Shown: piece after piece, positions 19,795 through 27,224 of the stretch
Layout of the letters: each line of letters starts with the position of its first letter
Numbering within the stretch: position 1 is the stretch's first letter
IMG/VR virus record: IMGVR_UViG_3300023172_000037
Span: 1 to 54,271 of that record
Strand: one strand, 5' to 3'
Source: a virus
Lineage: Duplodnaviria > Caudoviricetes
DNA: 54,271 nucleotides
The notes under the pieces: model-generated
Databases searched by the model: none
What the model was told of the DNA's origin: nothing
Seen by the model: the letters and a program-made list of their open reading frames with translations, nothing else
Made by a program: the position numbers and the translations under genes

Positions 19795-20809
19795 AATCTT
19801 CTATTGTCCTATATAATAAGTTGTTCCACTGTTTTGAGAAGTTTTCAAGATTGTATTCTTGAATTGTTTCCTTTCCTTTTTGGCCTATTTCCTCGCACAT
19901 TTCTGGGTCATGTATCAGTTTTTCAAGGTGAAATCTAAGAGTTTCTGGGTCGTTTGAAATGATTCCATTGACTCCATTTTCTATAATTTCTGGGATCATA
20001 CATGTTTCAGTTGAGACAACTGCACAACCACAAGCCATTGCTTCCATGAGGGACATAGGGACCGGAGAATGGAGAGAGCTATTAAAGAAAATCAACGACT
20101 CGTGGTACTTCTTTCGAAGATCCTGAGTTGAGTGAGCAGCCGTTGAATAGGGAGGGTTATTCCCTACTAGCTCTAACGGGAAATCGCATTCTCCAGTTTC
20201 CCTATTAAACCCTAAAGTTTCACACCAAAGATTCCAACCTAAACACCAATCTCTTTCGGGGAATAGATTAGCGACTGAGATTATTCGTTTCTTGCGATCT
20301 CTCTTGTAATCCCCCCAAAATTCAGTATCTAAACCATGTTTAATAACTACTGCATTATTTGCATCTGTCATTCCCCACTGATTTCGGTTATAGTCCGATA
20401 TGAAAACATATTTATCCGCGTCCGTAGCGATTAAATTAGCTCTTTGCTTATTAACGTCGTACCTAACATCTGGCAAGACATGTACTAACATAATAATCGG
20501 TATATTATAGATGTTTGCAATTTTTTTAGCTTCGTGATATCTACCGCTGTCCTGACAGAGAACAAGGTCATAATTGATATGCTCTGGAAGACTACTCATT
20601 TGGTGGTAGTTATTTGGTTGTATCCCATAGTCACTATTCCAAGTTTTTCCAACCTTGAGAGAGTAAAAATTATGTCCAGTGTTCGACAATGACTGCTCAT
20701 ATCTCTCATGTGTGCAGAATGTGATTACATTTAGCGGAGTATCCTCATTCAACGAAGCTCGTCTAAGAATTGTCCCAATTACAAAGTTATTTGCGTTAGC
20801 TACTCTCAT
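19775..20809 (-). CDS. GT4 glycosyltransferase
   Basis: HGLD; SPVPMSLMEAMACGCAVVST. Confidence 0.85.
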   Translation of the reverse strand: MRVANANNFVIGTILRRASLNEDTPLNVITFCTHERYEQSLSNTGHNFYSLKVGKTWNSDYGIQPNNYHQMSSLPEHINYDLVLCQDSGRYHEAKKIANIYNIPIIMLVHVLPDVRYDVNKQRANLIATDADKYVFISDYNRNQWGMTDANNAVVIKHGLDTEFWGDYKRDRKKRIISVANLFPERDWCLGWNLWCETLGFNRETGECDFPLELVGNNPPYSTAAHSTQDLRKKYHESLIFFNSSLHSPVPMSLMEAMACGCAVVSTETCMIPEIIENGVNGIISNDPETLRFHLEKLIHDPEMCEEIGQKGKETIQEYNLENFSKQWNNLLYRTIEDYESILL

Positions 20810-21915
20810 GATAATTTTTCCTTGATGATTTCACCGACTTTTTCGTGACTAAATTCCATAGCCTTTTTCTTTTGCTCATCACACCTTTTGTCATATTCGT
20901 GAATTGATAGAATATGCTCACTATAGATCTCTCTCATTTTATCCCTTAAAGCGGAAACTGAAATTTCTCTCCAATATCCTCTTCCGGTATGCAGTTCAGG
21001 AGGTGAAGACATTGAATTATAGCACGGTTCCCAACTGGCAGCTACTGAATTATTACCAGTATCAACATAGTCTTCCATTCCATTATCGCTAGTATAAATT
21101 ACAGGAATACCCATAACTCCAGCCTCAACAGCAGGTATACAACAGGCTTCCCCTCTTGAGGGCATCACAAAACAATGAGCGTTTTTCAAAAGTCCAATAT
21201 AGTCGATTCTATCTAGTCTATCTGCAACTATAACATCGCCACCATATCTCTTTCTAATTTTTAACCTATCCTTGATCTGGTTCGTATAATCATTAAGAAT
21301 TTGGAACTGGTCTCCCCTGCTAACGTTTGGCATACTAGTTTTAATAACTAGCTTCACATTTTCTTTTGGATGAAATTCTGTATGAAAAGCCTTTAGTAAA
21401 GCCTCTATATTTTTTCGTTCGACACATTCCCCAACAAAGATAAAATTGAAGCTTTTTTGTAGCTCAAAAACCTCGGTCTTTCTATCTCCAATATCATATT
21501 CGTCCACATTAATACAATGAGGAACAATTTCGATTGGGATTTTTACCTTACTAAGTAATGAGGTCTCTTTACCCTTTTGATTTGGAACCCATGCTTCATC
21601 AAGTTGATTAATGAATTTAGGCCACATAGCTTGAGTAATATCTGTAGTCTCTGTTTCGTAAAGACAGATGTTTTTAAAATTACTGTTATAGCTAAATAGC
21701 GGAGGTAAAGTATGCTGAATAACGGTATCAGCCCCTCTTGAACTTTTAGACTCTAATTCAAGAATTCTTTCTGGAACCGTTACCGGCTGATTATTAAAGG
21801 TTATACATCTGGGAACAACGTCTATTCCAACCTTGTCCATAGCGAGAATATTATTGAGTGCAGCATTGCCCCAACCAGTCCCGTCTTTGTAGTTACCTAT
21901 GTAGATTACTTTCAT
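20806..21915 (-). CDS. GT4 glycosyltransferase
   Basis: FVGECVERKN; PSRGEACCIPAVEAGVMGIPVI. Confidence 0.85.
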   Translation of the reverse strand: MKVIYIGNYKDGTGWGNAALNNILAMDKVGIDVVPRCITFNNQPVTVPERILELESKSSRGADTVIQHTLPPLFSYNSNFKNICLYETETTDITQAMWPKFINQLDEAWVPNQKGKETSLLSKVKIPIEIVPHCINVDEYDIGDRKTEVFELQKSFNFIFVGECVERKNIEALLKAFHTEFHPKENVKLVIKTSMPNVSRGDQFQILNDYTNQIKDRLKIRKRYGGDVIVADRLDRIDYIGLLKNAHCFVMPSRGEACCIPAVEAGVMGIPVIYTSDNGMEDYVDTGNNSVAASWEPCYNSMSSPPELHTGRGYWREISVSALRDKMREIYSEHILSIHEYDKRCDEQKKKAMEFSHEKVGEIIKEKLS

Positions 21916-23566
21916 TATTTACCTGTTCCCATCTTGCTTGTTCTAGCTTATTGAATTGATCCCTACTGTGAGAAAGCTGTTCGTAGGCTTTATGCTTATC
22001 ATAATCAACAAAATTATTTTTGTTATCCCTAACGTGACTTTCATTGAAGAAGTAAATTTCGTTTGTAGTACTCTTCAAGTGTCCTCGATAAGTCAAGTCT
22101 CTAACCAATTTTCTCCAGTGGAAACCATGAACCCAACTTGGCTTACGCAGTACCTTATCAAACAAATAAGTCGCCTGATCCTTTGGCGAGGTGATATTGC
22201 TCGGAACTGGTGGACCCGCATCTAAAATCTCTGGTGGGGATAGCCAAGTTGTACTCATATCTTCCGAGATAACAGGCTCATTCATGAAGAAATTCATCCA
22301 CTTATTGGCTGTCCTATCCCAATTATAGTGCTTAAGGGCGAGTTCTCTTGATCTTTCTCCATATTTTTTCCTTTTTTCTGAAGACATGTTGTATATCTCT
22401 CTAAAAAGTCTAACTGCTTCAGCGTTATTAGGTAATGCCTTTTTCAAGCCAGTTTCCGATTCGTATGGCTTATGCAATACAGGAATCATAAAGGCTTCAA
22501 TATTGTGTCCTACAGAACTCATTGCGGAATAGTCAACTGTCATGACTGGAATACCACAATACGCTGCTTCGACCTGAGGCATACCAAACCCTTCATTTGT
22601 CGCATATTGGATATAGCAATCAAAAAGGTTATAGATATGAGCTAGTTCTTCATCGTTTATTGGATTATGAGTGCCAATCAAACTTAGCTTAAAGTTTCCA
22701 CACCCTCTACAGAAGTTGTTTACGTCGTGGAAGAAATTACACGTTAAATATCCACAATTAGTACACTTATACGTGAATAAAACCCTGTCAGTTAGCCCAT
22801 ATTCTATTAATAGCTTAGGAATATCCCATCCAAGGTCAGGATAATAAGTATGACAGTAAAGATAAGCGTTTTTGTTGTCCTTGCTTCTTGAGATAAAATC
22901 TTTGAATGTTCGGAAAAGTTCTGGATATAGCTTACGCTTTTGGTTACGCATTACCGTTCCAAAGATTACGCTATCGTCAATAACTCCAAACTTTTCTCTA
23001 GATTCAGGGATTGGCCTAAAAGAATCTGAGGCGGCGGGAGATGCAACATCAATGATTCTAATGTGATCACTTTGAGATTCGAGAACCTGTTTTCCATACT
23101 CCGAGTATGTAAACACCGCATCAGCATCAATATATGATTCAATCCACATTTCGTGCTGCGGTTCCGAATCAACCGTTGGCATTGGAACCCACTTATAGTA
23201 ATCTCTAAAGGCCGACCTTGATTTCTGCTGATATTCATGCATCCACCAGTCTCGAATATCCATAACAAAATCAGGCTTCACTTTAATCAGGGCGGCATTA
23301 AAGTTGTATTCTCCAAACTCAAATGCATCGTAGGAATTATATTCCTCTAAAAGAACTGGATCAGTAGGCTTGTTGATAATTACATCCCAAGGAGTGTTAT
23401 CGATAGCCTCTCTATCCTCATTTGCATCACAAAAACAAGCTAATTCAGCAACATAGAAAAGACCAGATTCATAGAATCTTCTTAAGATCTCTCGACTATA
23501 TACTGAATAACCTGTTGATTTTGTTGTCGATTCTGTGACAAAGAGGATTCTTTTTTTTCTGTCCAT
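21893..23566 (-). CDS. GT4 glycosyltransferase with zinc-ribbon insertion
   Basis: TGY, RNQKRK, EGFGMPQVEAAYCGIPV; CTNC...CRGC insert. Confidence 0.85.
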   Translation of the reverse strand: MDRKKRILFVTESTTKSTGYSVYSREILRRFYESGLFYVAELACFCDANEDREAIDNTPWDVIINKPTDPVLLEEYNSYDAFEFGEYNFNAALIKVKPDFVMDIRDWWMHEYQQKSRSAFRDYYKWVPMPTVDSEPQHEMWIESYIDADAVFTYSEYGKQVLESQSDHIRIIDVASPAASDSFRPIPESREKFGVIDDSVIFGTVMRNQKRKLYPELFRTFKDFISRSKDNKNAYLYCHTYYPDLGWDIPKLLIEYGLTDRVLFTYKCTNCGYLTCNFFHDVNNFCRGCGNFKLSLIGTHNPINDEELAHIYNLFDCYIQYATNEGFGMPQVEAAYCGIPVMTVDYSAMSSVGHNIEAFMIPVLHKPYESETGLKKALPNNAEAVRLFREIYNMSSEKRKKYGERSRELALKHYNWDRTANKWMNFFMNEPVISEDMSTTWLSPPEILDAGPPVPSNITSPKDQATYLFDKVLRKPSWVHGFHWRKLVRDLTYRGHLKSTTNEIYFFNESHVRDNKNNFVDYDKHKAYEQLSHSRDQFNKLEQARWEQVNNESNLHR

Positions 23567-23581
23567 AGTATTACCTCAAAT

Positions 23582-23619
23582 AAAAAAGCCTACGAAGATA
23601 CAGAATATCTCCGTAAGCT
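23582..23619 (-). terminator. intrinsic terminator downstream of ssb
   Basis: AGCTTACGGAGATAT/GTATCTTCGTAGGCT stem followed by a T run. Confidence 0.75.
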
Positions 23620-23629
23620 ATCGTAAACT

Positions 23630-23971
23630 TTATGCCGTTTCAGCGGCAGCTCTCTTCTTCGCACCAAAGTAGAAGTTCTTGACTTTGAAGACGGTCTTTT
23701 TACGTGTTGTACCGTCATTCTTGTCTTCCCAAGTTTCAGGCTTTGCTCTAGACTCAACAATAAGTTGATCGCCCTTTTTTGCATAGGTAGAGAGCACATT
23801 GCCCATGTTACCCCAACAATCGAAATCGAAATAATCAACATCGATCTTATCTTCGCCATTAGATCTATAACGATCCTCAACAGCGAGACTAAACTTGGTG
23901 ACACTACTTGTGCCAACATCACGACTTTCTGGATCTCCAGTAAGTCTTCCTACAAACGTACAATGATTCAT
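23630..23971 (-). CDS. ssb: single-stranded DNA-binding protein
   Basis: MNHCTFVGRLTGDPE, FSLAV, CWG, KKG, WEDK; lacks the acidic DDIPF tail. Confidence 0.9.
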   Translation of the reverse strand: MNHCTFVGRLTGDPESRDVGTSSVTKFSLAVEDRYRSNGEDKIDVDYFDFDCWGNMGNVLSTYAKKGDQLIVESRAKPETWEDKNDGTTRKKTVFKVKNFYFGAKKRAAAETA

Positions 23972-24020
23972 AATTCATCATTCCTCTAAAAAAGTTACTA
24001 TTTTTAGCCGACAGTCGGCT

Positions 24021-24530
24021 TTATCCTTGTTTTAATTCATCGATTATGAAAAGTTGCCTATTTTTAGAAACAGCACCTTTCACAATCACAACACTTCCTT
24101 CATAAAGAAAAGCCTTGTTTTTTCTATGGTATTGATCGGGAAAAAGAACGGCATTATCAAGTCTTCCGCTTGAGTCTTCAAGTTTTACGAATGCCATTAG
24201 TTGTCCGGGGTTTTTACCATTCTTTGTCTTAATCTCATTATAGCTCGAAACTGAAGCACATAAAATTAAATCTTTGTTAATTGGAGCATTTTCCAAAACT
24301 GTTCTACATTCGTACTGAGTATTGATTCCAACAATGTCAGAAATAGAATATGAAAGAGAAACACCAAAATAAATTTCTTCTTGCTCACAGATATACCTTA
24401 TATCATCTTCGAGAGTTTGCATCGGGTTATCGAGAGATCTTTTAATCTCTGTAACCTTTTTCAATCTATTTGCCGTAGTTCTTCTATCGGTATTTATGAG
24501 TTTTCTTATATGATCACTCAGTGTCTGCAT
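24021..24530 (-). CDS. dnaE: DNA polymerase III alpha, C-terminal part (OB-fold)
   Basis: EEIYFGVSLS; TKNGKNPGQLMAFVKLEDSSG...VLFP..Y; VIVKG. Confidence 0.75.
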   Translation of the reverse strand: MQTLSDHIRKLINTDRRTTANRLKKVTEIKRSLDNPMQTLEDDIRYICEQEEIYFGVSLSYSISDIVGINTQYECRTVLENAPINKDLILCASVSSYNEIKTKNGKNPGQLMAFVKLEDSSGRLDNAVLFPDQYHRKNKAFLYEGSVVIVKGAVSKNRQLFIIDELKQG

Positions 24531-24798
24531 ATTTATTTTTACCTTCACAACAGTCTCTATAAGGAGCGGGAATAGCGGAAGTCTTTATGGTTGGTTTTCC
24601 ATTTTCGTCCAGATCCATATACTCTATATCCACCGATGGTTTACCGCAAGGACAAGGATCTATCCTTTTAGGGAGCATCTTCATAATCGGATACCCCTCC
24701 TGAACAGCAGTGCTTCTCTTACCAGAATGAGGCCAAGTTTGCCGTCTCATATCGTATTTTGTAATATCACCGTAATAATCGTGTTGTTTACTTCTCAT
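24514..24798 (-). CDS. small protein with split SEC-C-like motif
   Basis: PKRIDPCPCG-(~24 aa)-YRDCC. Confidence 0.55.
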   Translation of the reverse strand: MRSKQHDYYGDITKYDMRRQTWPHSGKRSTAVQEGYPIMKMLPKRIDPCPCGKPSVDIEYMDLDENGKPTIKTSAIPAPYRDCCEGKNKYADTE

Positions 24799-25150
24799 CT
24801 TTTCTCCAAACTGTATGAGGGTTTCTTTCTAAATGATTAAAGATACCGCTTTCTTCTATATACTCATCCAATTTACTCATATTGAGTTTATGTCCGCTAA
24901 CCTTAAACTCTCTATAGCATGGAACATGACCCTCTTTTAATTTTCGGTAATAATGTAAGGTCAAGCAGTTGTCATTACATAGTCTTTTTAGTTCTTCTTC
25001 AATTATGTAGTGTTCTGCTTCAGTTAGGTTCAAACACCCATAAAATTCACCATTCTTAAAATATGAGAATTTGGAAACATCTATTGGATCTCCAACAATG
25101 GCTTTTTCTGGTATTCTCTTGCCTCTAGGTATCGGTAGCTTCTCTCCCAT
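24788..25150 (-). CDS. hypothetical protein
   Basis: ORF with GAGGG RBS. Confidence 0.55.
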   Translation of the reverse strand: MGEKLPIPRGKRIPEKAIVGDPIDVSKFSYFKNGEFYGCLNLTEAEHYIIEEELKRLCNDNCLTLHYYRKLKEGHVPCYREFKVSGHKLNMSKLDEYIEESGIFNHLERNPHTVWRKDEK

Positions 25151-25183
25151 TTTTTCCCTCAATAAATAGCTGGTGGTACATAC

Positions 25184-25528
25184 TTAGGATAAACTAGGTG
25201 GTGGCACATCCTTAGGATAAACACATTGTGGATAATTATCTTCAAGCGTATGCTCAAAAGTATAATTAGGGTTCAAGGGGGTAGATCCGTCAGTTAATGT
25301 TGCAGTTGTGGGGAATATATCATAATTTTTATTCGGCTTATCCGTCATAATCACGCTATTGTAATAAGCTGGTGGCTTTTCAATTTCGTGAGTGAAAACC
25401 AAATCAAGCTGCTTTTTTACTTTTTCAACTTGATAGCTATCTAACATGACATAATCTCCATTTACGTCATTATTTCCCGTTATTTCAAAAAAACCCTGTA
25501 ACCAATAACAAAAATCTCTAGGCGTCAT
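25184..25528 (-). CDS. hypothetical phage protein
   Basis: MTPRDFCYWLQGFFEI N-terminal motif recurrent in phage proteins. Confidence 0.6.
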   Translation of the reverse strand: MTPRDFCYWLQGFFEITGNNDVNGDYVMLDSYQVEKVKKQLDLVFTHEIEKPPAYYNSVIMTDKPNKNYDIFPTTATLTDGSTPLNPNYTFEHTLEDNYPQCVYPKDVPPPSLS

Positions 25529-26244
25529 ACGTACATCCCCGTTTTAGCAAAAGCATTTTCAAAGTTAGTTTTGTTAGCAATATTTCTATGATATTTAAGA
25601 AACTTGATAAAGATGTTCGCCGTATCTTTAACGTCCTGCAATGCGTCGTGAGCCTTGTCGAAACTTTCTTCTGGAAAACCTAACCATCTACGATTATTAT
25701 CCATTGAGATAGATTTAACATCAGGATTTGATTCAGTCCACATCCAAACGTTCTGCATTACATCTACACTCCTGATTTTATTGAATAGGTTAGGATTTCC
25801 ATCCTCTCCAACCTGTTTACCTCTCACTCCAACAGAACTGAATTCTCCACGACACAATCTATCTATGATTGGAAGGTCGAATCCAACTATATTATAGCCA
25901 ACAGGAATAGCAGCGTTAAAAGAATTACTAGTTTTATTGAATTTTTTTACCCATTTTACAAAATTATTCCAGACAATATCTAGTTCCGGTGCTTGATCTA
26001 TTTGCTCTCTCGTTTTTCCTGTGACTTTTAGAGCACCATCTTCAAGTGGGTCAAGACCTAGTTCAATAGCTTTTTCATCATCAATAACGGCACGAATTTC
26101 ACTGTTAAACTCTCCCCCAGACTTGATTTCAAGCGTTCTAGGGTCAAGCATTACAGCGGCAAGCTGCGTTGGTTGGGTCTTGTGCGGATTACGGCTCCCT
26201 GTTTCGAAATCGAAGACACAATATGGCGTAAAATTAAGTGGCAT
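25525..26244 (-). CDS. DEDDh 3'-5' exonuclease (DnaQ/epsilon-like)
   Basis: VFDFETG (ExoI), GYNIVGFD (ExoII), AHDALQD (ExoIII). Confidence 0.88.
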   Translation of the reverse strand: MPLNFTPYCVFDFETGSRNPHKTQPTQLAAVMLDPRTLEIKSGGEFNSEIRAVIDDEKAIELGLDPLEDGALKVTGKTREQIDQAPELDIVWNNFVKWVKKFNKTSNSFNAAIPVGYNIVGFDLPIIDRLCRGEFSSVGVRGKQVGEDGNPNLFNKIRSVDVMQNVWMWTESNPDVKSISMDNNRRWLGFPEESFDKAHDALQDVKDTANIFIKFLKYHRNIANKTNFENAFAKTGMYV

Positions 26245-26246
26245 AT

Positions 26247-26546
26247 TTATTCCTTTTCTCTTTCGTAAATTTCATTTAAAATCATCTCTATATCTTCTAG
26301 TTCACGATATATATTATCTATTTTTGACCTAATTGATCTAATATTACCTCTCGTGACAGTATCCTCAAGAACATTCTGTGTTGCTTCCTCACTTCCACAC
26401 ATTCTTAATTGTTCAATAGCCTCTGGAGATATCCATAGATCATTCGTTTTTGGATCATTATTTAAAAACATGGTTTCAAAATGACCATTGGGACACTTGA
26501 ATTCTTCGGTGATTTTTTCTTCACATTGAATGCACCATTTATTCAA
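26247..26546 (-). CDS. hypothetical protein
   Basis: CIQC..CPNGH zinc-ribbon followed by a coiled coil. Confidence 0.55.
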   Translation of the reverse strand: MNKWCIQCEEKITEEFKCPNGHFETMFLNNDPKTNDLWISPEAIEQLRMCGSEEATQNVLEDTVTRGNIRSIRSKIDNIYRELEDIEMILNEIYEREKE

Positions 26547-26968
26547 AACTCTACCTCCGCAGCCGCATCCAAGATATCACTCTCATAAGGAGCGTGACAA
26601 TACAGTTCAAGCTCTTTTTCCTTTGCCTTACGAATCATGTCGGCACTATCATTAGACCCTGTATCAATAGCGATACAAGCTTCGGCGTACATAGTCATTT
26701 TTTCGTTACGAATAGGTCCAGCTTTAGCATTGTACTTACCATAAGCATTCTCTTTAACAATAGCTTCTGGATGATCAATATCCTTCCATTCAGCTTTGAA
26801 CTTTACGCACTTAACTCCGTTCTCTCTAGCCCATCTTTCACCGAGAGCATCAGCACCTTTGGCAGCACCGATAACTACTTCCGTAATTTCTATGCCACTT
26901 TTTTCTATTGCTAAACACAACTCCTCATAATCAGTAAAATCACGAGGTCCACAAATAATCGTTTTCAT
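26543..26968 (-). CDS. SLOG/YspA-like (DUF2493) protein
   Basis: IICGPRDF, GAAKGADALG, AGPIRN. Confidence 0.8.
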   Translation of the reverse strand: MKTIICGPRDFTDYEELCLAIEKSGIEITEVVIGAAKGADALGERWARENGVKCVKFKAEWKDIDHPEAIVKENAYGKYNAKAGPIRNEKMTMYAEACIAIDTGSNDSADMIRKAKEKELELYCHAPYESDILDAAAEVEF

Positions 26969-26969
26969 T

Positions 26970-27224
26970 CTATTTATCCTTCCTATCGTATTTCCTGCAC
27001 TCATCTATAAAAAACCTTACTGCCTTATTCAAATCATTGAACAAAACATCTCCTTCATACATCTTTGTTTCCTTATTGTATTTGGAGCCAGATAAATTTA
27101 CCTGATATGGCTTATTCGTCTTAAATGGATACCTGAGTACTTTCGAAAGATCACAGATAGTGTTACCTCTGTATTCGACAGCTCCACCAAACATTACAAT
27201 TCCCTTTATATTCTCAAACTTCAT
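26970..27224 (-). CDS. hypothetical protein
   Basis: 84-aa ORF overlapping the dnaE-N stop by 11 nt. Confidence 0.55.
   Translation of the reverse strand: MKFENIKGIVMFGGAVEYRGNTICDLSKVLRYPFKTNKPYQVNLSGSKYNKETKMYEGDVLFNDLNKAVRFFIDECRKYDRKDK

Noticed and set aside
23590-23922. 110-aa alternative-frame ORF over ssb
   Set aside because: Same-strand frame shadow of ssb that runs into the terminator, with no independent support
24531-27213. Group I intron or split intein explaining the divided dnaE
   Set aside because: The gap is filled by coupled ORFs with no room for a ribozyme core, and there are no intein terminal motifs
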